Source of the DNA: Heteronotia binoei
Taxonomy: Eukaryota
DNA: 64,000 nt
Assembly (NCBI RefSeq): GCF_032191835.1
Contig: NC_083233.1
Location: 4,278,001-4,342,000, forward strand
Direction of reading: 5' to 3'
The notes under the pieces were generated by a model, which was not told the origin of the DNA, searched no databases, and saw nothing but the letters and a program-made list of their open reading frames with translations. The translations under genes were made by a program, and so were the position numbers. Shown here in pieces: positions 1 to 9,952 of this stretch. Within the stretch, counting starts at the first letter, position 1. Each line of letters opens with the position of its first letter.

Positions 1-624
1 CTAGACAACCTAGGCAGAAAGTTCTACACAGCAGGTTCGTTAGGAGTAAAAGTTGCAAACTATGGAGCGTGTATGGGCCGTTATCAATATGCCCTGTGGG
101 ACCAATTGTCGGCTCTACCAGACCTGTCAGAACAAACCAAACAGGCAATGAAGAAAATCCAAAGGGAAGGCATTGCATTAGCAAAACAGCAAATCAATTC
201 TGCCAAACACGCAGGTGACATTGCAGCAAAGACACTTACCTCAGCGATCACCCTAAGACGTCACTCTTGGTTGCGGTCCACGGCGCTCCAGCAGGATACA
301 CAATCCTGCATCGAAGATCTCCCATTCGATGGAAGCGGATTATTCAGCTCCAATACCGATACCATACTGCAGGAGATGGATAAAAGTATTAAAACGTCAC
401 GCAATTTAGGGGTCCCCATCTCATCTAGGCCCCAAGGGAGACGCTCCTGGAACAAGCCGTGGAACAAGAAGCAGTTCCCCAAGCAGCCTACAGAACAACA
501 ATGGAGACCCAAGGGCTCCACACCTTACTCCAAACCTCCGTACACCCCCAAAACGAAGTACTCACCTACTTCATCACAGTCATCCAGACAAAAGGGGAGT
601 AGACCGTCCAAACAGGGTCTTTGA
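1..624 (+). CDS. DIRS ORF1 (gag-like), 3' part; frame open from base 1
   Basis: LDNLGRKFY...AITLRRHSWLRS...IEDLPFDGSGLFS (conserved DIRS ORF1 block) followed by a basic/Pro-rich tail; stop TGA 622-624. Confidence 0.8.
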   Translation, partial: LDNLGRKFYTAGSLGVKVANYGACMGRYQYALWDQLSALPDLSEQTKQAMKKIQREGIALAKQQINSAKHAGDIAAKTLTSAITLRRHSWLRSTALQQDTQSCIEDLPFDGSGLFSSNTDTILQEMDKSIKTSRNLGVPISSRPQGRRSWNKPWNKKQFPKQPTEQQWRPKGSTPYSKPPYTPKTKYSPTSSQSSRQKGSRPSKQGL

Positions 625-2521
625 CTGCCCTTCCCCCTGTTTTATCCCTTCCCCTTCGGACCCGGACCATACCAGACTTTTCCCTTATTTCCAGGCATGG
701 TCCATAATCACTACGGACAAATGGGTCTTGTCGATAATCCGGATGGGTTATCAAATAGAATTCAGAGAAAACCCTACAGTTCCCACCGTCATCCACACCA
801 GGGTGTCCCTCACACTACAGACAGAGGTTCAATCCTTGCTCGAGAAAGATGCAATAGAACGGGTACCAGTCAACCAGATTGGACAAGGTTTTTACTCCCG
901 ATATTTCACCATCCCCAAAAAAGATGGAGGCCTTCGGCCCATTATGGACCTACGAGGCCTGAACCATTTCATACCAAACCAGAAATTCAGAATGGTCTCC
1001 CTACAAAACATCCTACCCCTACTGAACCAAGGGGATTGGATGGCCACACTGGACCTGCAAGATGCCTACTTTCATGTAACTATACACCACGACTACAGGA
1101 AGTTCCTCAGGTTTGCAGTTGGAGACTCCCACTACCAATACAAAGCCTTGCCTTTTGGCCTCTCCACGGCACCGAGAGTTTTTACAAAGACCATGGTGGT
1201 GGTGGCAGCTCATCTACGTCTACAAGGGATCACTATCTTTCCTTACATAGACGATTGGCTGCTGGTGGCGAGTTCGAAACCCCTACTACTACAGCACATA
1301 GAAGTCACCTTAACCCTTCTGCAAACCTTAGGCCTACAGGTCAACCTAAAGAAATCGGCACTGCAACCCGCTCAGAGGGTGCAATTCATAGGGGCCATTC
1401 TGGACTCACAAGTTTGCAGGGCATTCCTCCCAGCACAAAGAGCGGAGGATATCCAATCCCTAATACATGTGTTCTTAGTCAACCATACAGTCACAGCGTT
1501 CCAAGTCCAACGCCTCCTGGGCTTAATGGCAGCGACCACGGCAGTACTGAAATTCGCCAGATTCCACATGCGAATGCTACAGTTATGGTTTCTGCGCGTG
1601 TTCAACTGTCAGACAGACCTCCCCTCACGCCAACTGACGGTCCCAACGTCAGTAATCTGGACTCTATACTGGTGGCAGGAAAAGCAGAACCTCCTCCAGG
1701 GAGCCCCATTTCACAGGCAGACTCCCACATTCACCATAACGACGGATGCATCCTTATGGGGCTGGGGAGCACATGCGAACGATATGTGTGTGGGGGGCAG
1801 ATGGCCTCAGGGCCTTCTGCGCTGCCACATCAATTTCCTAGAGCTGCTGGCCATACATCATGCCATTCTCTCATTCAGACACCAGATTGTGGGGAGAACG
1901 GTAGCGATCTTGACAGACAACACCACAGCCCTATCTTATGTAAACAGACAAGGCGGCACAGTCTCAAGGAAGTTATGCCTTCTAGCGCTACAGATTTGGG
2001 AAATTTGCAGAGAGTCGAACGTTACCCTAGTAGCCACTCACCTACCGGGCAATCTGAATGCCTGTGCGGATTACCTCAGTCGGGGAGGGGCCTCACTCCA
2101 CGAGTGGGAACTCAACTGGGAGTTCCTCCTACCGGTGTTCCAGAAGTGGGGCACACCGGAAGTGGATGTCTTTGCCACACGCAACACCGCAAAATGCGAC
2201 AAATTTTGCTGCAGAGGGGGTGCAGACCCTCTGTCGTTGGGAGATGGGTTACTGATCCCATGGACTCGCTTGCATGTGTACCTCTTTCCACCAATCCCGC
2301 TAATTACGAGGGTGATTCACAAGATTCAACTCGAACACCCCAAGGGGATTCTCATCACACCGTGGTGGCCCAGACAGCAGTGGTTCTCTCCGATACTGAG
2401 GCTGTCTCGCGGAATGTTCCACCAATTTCCGATGAGCCCAGACCTTCTACTGTCACACGAGGGACGAGTGATTCACCACGACGTGCCTCACTTGAAACTC
2501 ACGGCATGGAGGCTGGTGTGA
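410..2521 (+). CDS. DIRS ORF2: reverse transcriptase / RNase H / DAM-like methyltransferase
   Basis: Frame open from 410 (after TAG 407-409); RLFPYFQAW..WVLSIIRMGYQIEF, LDLQDAYFH, YIDD (1244-1255), TTDASLWGWG, HINFLEL, TDNTT, VDVFAT, YLFPP; first ATG only at 743, so the true start is uncertain. Confidence 0.92.
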   Translation, partial: GSPSHLGPKGDAPGTSRGTRSSSPSSLQNNNGDPRAPHLTPNLRTPPKRSTHLLHHSHPDKRGVDRPNRVFDCPSPCFIPSPSDPDHTRLFPYFQAWSIITTDKWVLSIIRMGYQIEFRENPTVPTVIHTRVSLTLQTEVQSLLEKDAIERVPVNQIGQGFYSRYFTIPKKDGGLRPIMDLRGLNHFIPNQKFRMVSLQNILPLLNQGDWMATLDLQDAYFHVTIHHDYRKFLRFAVGDSHYQYKALPFGLSTAPRVFTKTMVVVAAHLRLQGITIFPYIDDWLLVASSKPLLLQHIEVTLTLLQTLGLQVNLKKSALQPAQRVQFIGAILDSQVCRAFLPAQRAEDIQSLIHVFLVNHTVTAFQVQRLLGLMAATTAVLKFARFHMRMLQLWFLRVFNCQTDLPSRQLTVPTSVIWTLYWWQEKQNLLQGAPFHRQTPTFTITTDASLWGWGAHANDMCVGGRWPQGLLRCHINFLELLAIHHAILSFRHQIVGRTVAILTDNTTALSYVNRQGGTVSRKLCLLALQIWEICRESNVTLVATHLPGNLNACADYLSRGGASLHEWELNWEFLLPVFQKWGTPEVDVFATRNTAKCDKFCCRGGADPLSLGDGLLIPWTRLHVYLFPPIPLITRVIHKIQLEHPKGILITPWWPRQQWFSPILRLSRGMFHQFPMSPDLLLSHEGRVIHHDVPHLKLTAWRLV

Positions 2522-3540
2522 CGACATTGTCCGATAGAGCCCGGGACGTTATGTTGAATAGTAGAAAATCATCCACGAGAAAATCATATGATTATAAATG
2601 GACAAGGTTTATCCAATTTGTGAACAAAACTAACAGGGAACCCAAGACAGCAGGCCTCCCACTAATCCTGGACTTTCTGCTCTCACTCCTTGACAGGGGA
2701 CTAACGGTGTCATCTGTGAGAGTGTACTTAGCAGCCATATCGGCTAACCATGAACAACTTGAAGGCCACTCTGTGTTCTCACACCCTGATACTAAACGGT
2801 TCTTAAAGGGCTTGGCCAAGTTGTACCCTGCGGTGCGAATCCCAGCCCCTGCTTGGGACCTCCCAGCGGTACTACGGGCATTAACGGGAAAACCCTTCGA
2901 ACCCATGGCGACATGTTCCTTGCAATTACTGTCCTGGAAAACAGCCTTCTTGGTGGCCGTTACCTCTGCTCGCAGGGTTGGTGAACTGGCAGCGCTGCGC
3001 TGCGACGACCCATATTTAAAATTCAGTACGGAAGGAGTGTGCTTACGTCCTGATGTAACATTTCTTCCGAAAGTAACGTCTGCTTTTCACCTGAATGCAG
3101 AAATATGCCTACCCACATACTTTCCTAATCCAAGTACAGACTCCGAAAGGAGACTCCATACACTGGATGTGAAAAGGGCTCTCTCATTCTACTTGCATAG
3201 AGTGGGACCTGGACGAAGGGACCCTAGACTCTTTGTCTCGTACTCCACAACATCGCAAGGTGTAAGAGTTTCGTCGCAGCGAATCTCTAAGTGGTTAACC
3301 GAGACTATAAAACTGTGCTACCTGTTGAACAAGCAACCTCTGCCAAGACAGATTAGAGCTCATTCCACGAGAGCCCTAGCTACTTCGGCAGCCTTTATGA
3401 GAGGAATACCACTGAAAGACATTTGTGATGCTGCCACTTGGTCCTCCTCGCATACGTTTATCAACCATTATGCGCTGGACCTGAACTGGCGTAGACGCTC
3501 ATCAGTGGGCCGTGCGGTGCTTCAAGAGGTTTCTCGCTGA
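697..3540 (+). CDS. DIRS ORF3: tyrosine recombinase (YR domain ~2518-3540) with long N-terminal part overlapping ORF2
   Basis: SARRVGEL (catalytic R), AHSTR (3361-3372), AATWSS, FINHY (Tyr 3469-3471); same frame as ORF1. Confidence 0.92.
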   Translation: MVHNHYGQMGLVDNPDGLSNRIQRKPYSSHRHPHQGVPHTTDRGSILARERCNRTGTSQPDWTRFLLPIFHHPQKRWRPSAHYGPTRPEPFHTKPEIQNGLPTKHPTPTEPRGLDGHTGPARCLLSCNYTPRLQEVPQVCSWRLPLPIQSLAFWPLHGTESFYKDHGGGGSSSTSTRDHYLSLHRRLAAGGEFETPTTTAHRSHLNPSANLRPTGQPKEIGTATRSEGAIHRGHSGLTSLQGIPPSTKSGGYPIPNTCVLSQPYSHSVPSPTPPGLNGSDHGSTEIRQIPHANATVMVSARVQLSDRPPLTPTDGPNVSNLDSILVAGKAEPPPGSPISQADSHIHHNDGCILMGLGSTCERYVCGGQMASGPSALPHQFPRAAGHTSCHSLIQTPDCGENGSDLDRQHHSPILCKQTRRHSLKEVMPSSATDLGNLQRVERYPSSHSPTGQSECLCGLPQSGRGLTPRVGTQLGVPPTGVPEVGHTGSGCLCHTQHRKMRQILLQRGCRPSVVGRWVTDPMDSLACVPLSTNPANYEGDSQDSTRTPQGDSHHTVVAQTAVVLSDTEAVSRNVPPISDEPRPSTVTRGTSDSPRRASLETHGMEAGVTTLSDRARDVMLNSRKSSTRKSYDYKWTRFIQFVNKTNREPKTAGLPLILDFLLSLLDRGLTVSSVRVYLAAISANHEQLEGHSVFSHPDTKRFLKGLAKLYPAVRIPAPAWDLPAVLRALTGKPFEPMATCSLQLLSWKTAFLVAVTSARRVGELAALRCDDPYLKFSTEGVCLRPDVTFLPKVTSAFHLNAEICLPTYFPNPSTDSERRLHTLDVKRALSFYLHRVGPGRRDPRLFVSYSTTSQGVRVSSQRISKWLTETIKLCYLLNKQPLPRQIRAHSTRALATSAAFMRGIPLKDICDAATWSSSHTFINHYALDLNWRRRSSVGRAVLQEVSR

Positions 3541-3585
3541 TGGACCGTTGCACCCTCCTCCAGGTAGGACTTTGGCTTGCTAATC

Positions 3586-3680
3586 TCCCATCAGTGTGAT
3601 GCACAGAGACCACGAAGAAGATAAACAGGTTTCCTACCTGTAACTGATGATCTTCGAGTGGTCATCTGTGCAGTCACACT
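3586..3680 (+). repeat. DIRS internal complementary region (ICR)
   Basis: 3623-3680 is the exact reverse complement of 3880-3937 (58 bp); 3586-3619 is a gapped direct copy of the sequence starting at 3873. Confidence 0.88.
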
Positions 3681-3937
3681 ACCCGCCCTCCTTCCCCTCC
3701 GCTGCCGGTCCATCTATACGGGCTTACGCAGCGGTCAGAAGGAACTGGCGGGATGTCCGCTCCGGTCCCTGTGAGCATGCGCGGTGGGGCTTCTGCGCAT
3801 GCGCACTGGGCCTGGGGCGCGGAAATCCGCAGCTTTCAAGAATACCGATCGAGATCGGCGCGGGCGCCTATATCCCATCAGTGTGACTGCACAGATGACC
3901 ACTCGAAGATCATCAGTTACAGGTAGGAAACCTGTTT
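3681..3937 (+). repeat. DIRS right terminal repeat and extension (GC-rich)
   Basis: Follows the ICR, ends in the ICR-complementary 58 bp and TTT; contains palindrome TGCGCATGCGCA 3794-3805; left boundary approximate. Confidence 0.8.
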
Positions 3938-5658
3938 TTTTATTTCTCTAGCAGCTGATGACGGCCAATCAGAGCGGCCAGTCACATTAGCTCTCTACTC
4001 AAGGGACTCTCTGAGACAAGCAGTATTTTAAAAGCCTGCTTTCCTAGTGCCATCCATCATGTCTTGTTTTAATTTTTTTTAAAAAAAAAAATATGTATTT
4101 TGAAGTTTGCTTAATTAATCCTTTTTGGCTCTTTGATTTATATCTGTATCCTGGACATCTTGTCTCATGTGGAAATATCATTCATTGCACAGTGTTTATT
4201 TAAAATGTCCCCACTGTCGTTCATAAGGACTACAACCCGCATGTGCTGGGTTATGCACTTCCAGAGACTGCAGTTAAATGCCTATTAGGAAACAACACTC
4301 AATATTCTGTGGCTTCTTTCTAAGTGAACTTTTTCCAGGTTCCAGAAAAAACAGTGTTCTGTAATAATGAGTCCAGATCTTCTGGAAAACTGCTCTTGAA
4401 AGAAAGAGACTGAGTAGTTGAGCTATGCCATGTTAATGAAACCTACATTTCTTATTTCCGGGGGTTTTCAGCAACCAGTGGAGTGAGATGTATTACTGTT
4501 CATCAACAGTCCTGGGACTGATTTTGCAGAGAGTAAGAGTTTAAAACATCTAGTCATTTGACACCAAGGCCCACTTCGAGATGTGCCCCTGGTGACCTTG
4601 GAAATCCAGGTCTGAGCTTTGCCCCCTCCTGTCCCAAAGGGTCATCAGAGTCCAAATGACTGCAGAGTGTGGCTGACCCGTGTGAAGCTCTGACCATGAG
4701 CAGGGTCTTTTGGTTCCTGTTCACCCTGCAAATGGAGTAACCTTGTTGAACAGCAGAGGCACGTGGTGCATTTGGAACTGTGCAAGTTGTTGAACACTCG
4801 AAAATAGAGCCCTTTGCTTTTAACACAAAGAACTGAAGAAACAGCACTGTCCTGCATACATCTCGTTTTTGTGCTCCAACTGGATTTGTAGGACATAGTG
4901 TTCATCGGTCAAGGATTTCTCCTTTTTATCTGAGCCAAACTATATGTTCTGGGTGGGCACAGGCTGGCAAGGGACAACCCATGGCCACTGGAGCTGTTTT
5001 AGAAAATAATTTAAAGAATGGCCATGGGGGCCTGATCCTGATTGGGCACTTAGCACAGCATCTTGTCTCCCCCGATACACCATGCCCTTTTGTGGGGGCT
5101 GTTTTGGCACGTGAAAGATGTGGGGAGGGGCCGGAGCATGCTGCAGGCCCGATGGCAGCAATTTTTAAACTATTACGTTCTTGTTGAAAATGACACTGGC
5201 ATCCATGGATTGTCCCTTGCCAGCTTTTTTTGCCTCCTGTTTGCTGGATCAGAAGAGAAGCCAGAATCCATTCCAACCTCTGTCTTCTGCTCCAGAGTTT
5301 TGCTGGAGTGGACATATGCCCTCTCTTCCAAACTTGCCACTTCTGGCAATCCCCATGACTTTTAGCTTTATGCTGTGGCTCACCAGGGACTTGAGATCTC
5401 GTTGGTTTTGTACTCCTAGGTAGGCAACCCAAGCAAAGTTGAGGAAGCCCCTGCTGGGCCACGGGGGGTGGCATTCAGCTTGGTGGATCTCAGAGTGTCC
5501 GTGCAGGTCCAGACCCTTCATCTGACTCCAGCTCTGCTCTCCTGTTCAGCAAAGTGTGATCACTGATCATTGTCAAGCTCAGGAGTTCCAGTCTTGCTTG
5601 TTCAGGGCTGTGCCACCTCTGCTGATGCTATGTTTCTCTTTCTGTTTTGCACCCAAAG

Positions 5659-5810
5659 GTTGGAGTCGGCCAGGGACCACATGCTGCCCATTGACTATTA
5701 CTTCCCACCACAGAAGACATGTTTGATCTGTGGGGATGAAGCTTCTGGGTGCCACTATGGAGCGCTCACCTGTGGGAGTTGCAAGGTCTTTTTCAAACGA
5801 GCTGCTGAAG
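5659..5810 (+). CDS. AR: Androgen receptor exon 2 (DNA-binding domain zinc finger 1)
   Basis: (R)[50 protein letters not shown](G); 152 bp as in human exon 2; acceptor ...cccaaag| and donor |gtaatt. Confidence 0.98.
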
Positions 5811-6097
5811 GTAATTCCTCCTTTTTGTTTCTTTTTCTTCCTCTTCTTCTCCTTCTTCTCATATGAGAGAGCAAAGTGGAATATGATCCTGGATAGACAT
5901 GCCTAGAAAATCACCCAAGCATACATTGTCAATCAAGTATCACTGTAGCAGGTTGAAACTTGATGAATGTAGACACTCAAGGTAATATTGATCGGGGCAT
6001 ATTAGAACATGGGAGTGAGGGCATGATGGTGACTGAGGGCCATGCGTGATGACTATGGGGCAGAGGAAGGCAAGGGTAACTGGAGAGGGAAACACAT

Positions 6098-7035
6098 TGT
6101 AGGTGTCTACATGCCAATGCTGGAAGTCTCCGAGCCAAGGTGGAGGAGCTGGAGGGCTTGGGGTTCAACGAGAATTTAGATATAGTAGGTATCTCAGTAA
6201 CATGGTGGAATGGGGAAATCTGTGGGATACAATCATTCTGGGGCAGGACAGGGAGGGACGGGTTGTTGTTGAGTTGTACATGACGGCATGGATTCAAATA
6301 AGTTAGAAAACAACAGAAGCAGTATGGGTGGAAATACTGAGCCCTAAGTGTGACTTAAAAATGCAGGTGTCCTGTCACTCACCTGATCAAACCCTTGAGG
6401 CTGATCTTGAGATGAAGAAGGAAATAAGACTAAAGCAGATCATGTCGTTATACTTGGAGACTTCAACTCCCTTCACATTGACTGGGTGAAGCGTTCTCAA
6501 GTCATTTTGTAGAAATGAGATTCCTAGGCATCATAAATGTCGGTGTGCTGGAATAGTTGGTCACAGAGTCACTCAGGAGGGGTAGTGCTCTTGGACTTGG
6601 TTCTGAGGATATCTCAAGACTTGGTTGCTACACCAGTTGAGAACAGTGACCACAATGCTATTAAGTTCAGCATTCATGGGAAGTTACCCCTAAAGTTCAA
6701 AACATTTTATTTGCTTTCAAAAGAGGGAACTTTACAAAAACTAGGGGAATAGTAAAAAGGAAGGTGAAATTGAAACACAAGAGAGTCAAATCCCTAGAAG
6801 ATGCTTGGAAGCTATTAAAACGATGCTAATTTAATGCATTACACAGGATAGGAAAGGCACTGCTGAGTCTCAAAGAAGACTTGCCTGGTTAACAATGCAC
6901 ATCAAGGAAGCTATAAAGAGGCTTCTTTCAAAAAGTGGAAGGCCTGTCCCAATGAATTGGACTGGAGGGAGCACAGGTTCTGGCAAAGAAATAGAAGTCA
7001 ATAATTAGGCATGCAAAAAGAGATTTTGAGAAGCA
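6098..7035 (+). mobile_element. CR1 LINE ORF2 endonuclease-region fragment, degenerate
   Basis: CRCLHANAGSLRAKVEELE..NLDIVGISVTWWNG, LGDFN, LLDLVL, SDHNAIKF with frameshifts and stops. Confidence 0.85.
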
Positions 7036-8200
7036 GGTCACGGGCAGCCCAATTCAGACATACGTGGCGAGCAGCTGCTCGGGGGTGGGCGGATATACGG
7101 CGCCACTCGTTGGCTTCCGAAGGGGAGATGGTACGCCACGCTGAGAGAGGGAAGAGGGGCCCGACGAGCGAGAGAGAACCCGTCGCCATGGTGATTCTGC
7201 CCAGGCACACGCCATTGGCCCATTGCTGAGGCGGAGATGGGGGAGGGACAGGCTCACGTGAGACCACGGGATTGGCCAGCCTATTGCACGTGACCAGGTA
7301 AGGGGGCGGAAAGCCTGCGCCTGAGAGGCCATCAATCCCCCCACTCTCTCCCGCTGTCAGAGACTCTGCCAATGGCAGGCTGGCGGCCAGGGGCATGCGC
7401 GGACAAGCAGGAAGTGCCAAGTTCCCTGTCCTAGACAGTGGCTGGAATGTGTGTCTGGGAGCGGCCAGACCAAGTCCAAAAGACACCACTGCCTGAAGCT
7501 GCCCCCCCCCCCGGGGTTGCCCTGCTGTCGCCTCCTGCTATATGCAAGGAACACCTCCCTTGGGGGGCGCAGAACTCGGAGTGTGAGCCACTGGGCATGC
7601 ATCCACTTCAGCAACCCCCCACACCAAGTGCCCAGCGCACATCAGCCCTGTCGGGTAGGCCGTCAGCCTGGGCAGGCTGAGGGGTGGCACCCCCCTCCCC
7701 TGTCCAGCCATGCGAGGGACAGCGTGGTGGCTCATAGTCCATACCCCGCCCCCAAGAACCAAGTCTGCCCACCCTCCCAGGCACTCCCTCGGAGAGGCCA
7801 CTGACCGGGGGGGTGGGGCAGGGTTGCCCTGGGAACGTGCAGCATATGCCAAGCAGGAGAGAGGAGACAACAGAGAGCACAGCTCAGACTTTATTTTTCC
7901 GGAACAGAGTGCAACAGTCTCCCTGGTGCGTGCTGGGCAGTCTCGCCGTGGGCGGGGCTCCGCTCCGAGCGGTGGGCAGAAGTGGCACATGTGGAAGCCT
8001 CTGTGTTGGAGTCCCACCTGCAAAACGGAGACAGAGATCAAAAGCACCTGCAGGGGCGGTGGCTGGAAGAGCAGGCTGCGTTTCAGCCAGGCGCTCTCTT
8101 AAAGGAACAGTCTCTGACCCACCTCCCCACAACGGGGCAGCTGCCACACACACACGCCCCGTGGTCTTTCATTCCCAGACAGCTTCATTGAGATATATTT
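7036..8200. promoter_or_regulatory. CpG/GC-rich patch with promoter-like motif cluster, origin unresolved
   Basis: ATTGG 7214 and 7271, TCACGTGA 7254-7261, CACGTGAC 7287-7294, GGGGCGGA 7302-7309, CAG|GTAAGG 7295-7303. Confidence 0.35.
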
Positions 8201-8794
8201 CCCAGTGCTCAGCCATTTGGAGTGAGTTCAGGCAGCTGTTTATCCAGTGGCTGCTAAACCACAGTGTTTGTGTGGCCATTTGGTAAGCCAGTTATCTGTA
8301 CCATCCTGTCAAAAAGAGAGCAGCATTCTACCAGAGTTTTGGGCTTGGCTTGTTAAATCAGTCCAGAGAAGTAGCTAGAACCACACTGGCCAATGTCACC
8401 ATTAGTGGTGGCCCCTTCCCTGTTGAGCTGGTAGTGGATCACAAAGGCCCATCATAACAGTTGCCCTGTATCTTCTGGTACTTGTCCTAGCTTTCTGAAC
8501 AGTATCATTCTGTCACTTTCCGCATTGCTTTGTGGTTTCCTTCCTGTGAGGACAGGAATTGGATGCCCAGTTCAATGGGATCATTTTAGCCTGTCAGCTG
8601 CTGGTCACAAGGTGTGTGTAGTACTCGAGTTAAGAGAAGAGGAGGCAGCACTGGCCTGTGGTATCCAAATGGTGCTCTGAAGCCCTGTTCCCTTTTTTCT
8701 TCATCTTGCCTCCGGCCTTGTGCTCTACAACCTTATTGTTGTCATTTGCCTTCATCTATGTCTGACACAGACGCCCGCTGGAGCTCTCAGCTTA

Positions 8795-8865
8795 TGATTG
8801 ATTTATTTTGTTTTACTAGATTTATATCCCGCCCTCCCCACCAAAGCAGGGATCACCCTCTGGTG
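8795..8865 (-). mobile_element. L2-type LINE 3' terminus
   Basis: TTTATATCCCGCCCTCCCC..GCAGG with AT-rich tail, matching the 3' end of the L2 at 18782. Confidence 0.6.
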
Positions 8866-9952
8866 AGGGAGCCCCCTAGGCAGGCGGGCCTGTTGAGTTC
8901 TTCTGCCATCTCAAGAGTGAGCAGCAGATGAAGGGGCCCTGAAGAGGGCTGCAGCTCGCCCCCCTCCGGTCAGACTTGACAAGCCTTTAAATGATCACTT
9001 GGGCCCCTTCACAAAACCACCACCTGATGCTCCGGGTGCCCCTTCCGAAGCCCCAGGTGTGGCTGTGCTGCCCAGCTTGTTTAGTGCAGTGGATTCATTT
9101 AGAGCAAGGACACATTTTATTTCTCATTTAGAAATTGCAGGAAAGTAGGAAATTTCATTAAGTTGAGCGGTAAGAAAAGTCCATGGATTTTAAATGTGGG
9201 CCGGCAGTTGGAGACTCCTGTGCTTGATAATATAAGTGCCGCTGTAAATCTTGGGAACCCAGCTAGGCTTTTGAGAGGGCACCTGACTAATGCCAGTTGT
9301 AATTTTTCTGTTAGTGGGATGGGAACATCTACTCAGTGCCCTGGCTGCGGCAGGTAATAAGTCATTTGCTGGGTTTTATGATATAATTTAGCAGAGAGGC
9401 ACTTCGTGGTCTACCAGCCAACACTCTTTCGCTCAGGAGGCAGCTGTGTTGTTCCCTCCCAATATATTTTCCTCTACATCATCATGGAAGACTCTTGTTT
9501 TTCAAGTTGCTCTGTGCAAAAGAAGTACATGTTGTGCAGTGTTCGCAGTTGTGGTGGAAAACTGCTCATTTGAAAGCTTCCAGAACTGCCCAGGACAGAG
9601 GGGCCAACATAGCCAATCAGAAAAAATCCCTCTGGACATCATGTGGGATGTGCCATTTGAATCCCTGGCTGCAGCGCTTGCAGGGGGTCTGTCTGTGTGT
9701 CGCATTCCTCACTGTTCATCCCTGGAAAAGGCTCCTTCCAAGGAGCGAATTGAACAGAAATCAGTGCAAAACTTTGCTATGTGTTGGGATTTGCTATGGG
9801 GAAGAAGTACATTATGTGGGGAAGCTTTCATAATATGAGCAGGACACAAGTGTGAGGCAGAGCTGTTGTGAACATGGAAGGCTCCGACTCCGATTAGGAC
9901 TCAGCAACAACTTTAATCCCAGTCTCAGCTTCTCATTTGCAACATGCCAGAG

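Larger units (their letters stand above)
1..3937 (+). mobile_element. DIRS1-type tyrosine-recombinase retrotransposon (5' end outside window), in AR intron 1
   Basis: gag ORF, overlapping RT/RNaseH/MTase and YR ORFs, internal complementary region and right terminal repeat ending ...CCTGTTT. Confidence 0.95.

Noticed and set aside
3960-4060. CCAAT plus TATA-like motif as an AR45-type alternative promoter
   Set aside because: TATTTTAAAA is a weak match and no convincing first exon or donor follows
5570-5866. ORF-track 98-aa ORF (and 59881-60228, 115 aa) as standalone genes
   Set aside because: They are AR exons 2 and 3 read through into intron sequence; splice sites and exon sizes match AR
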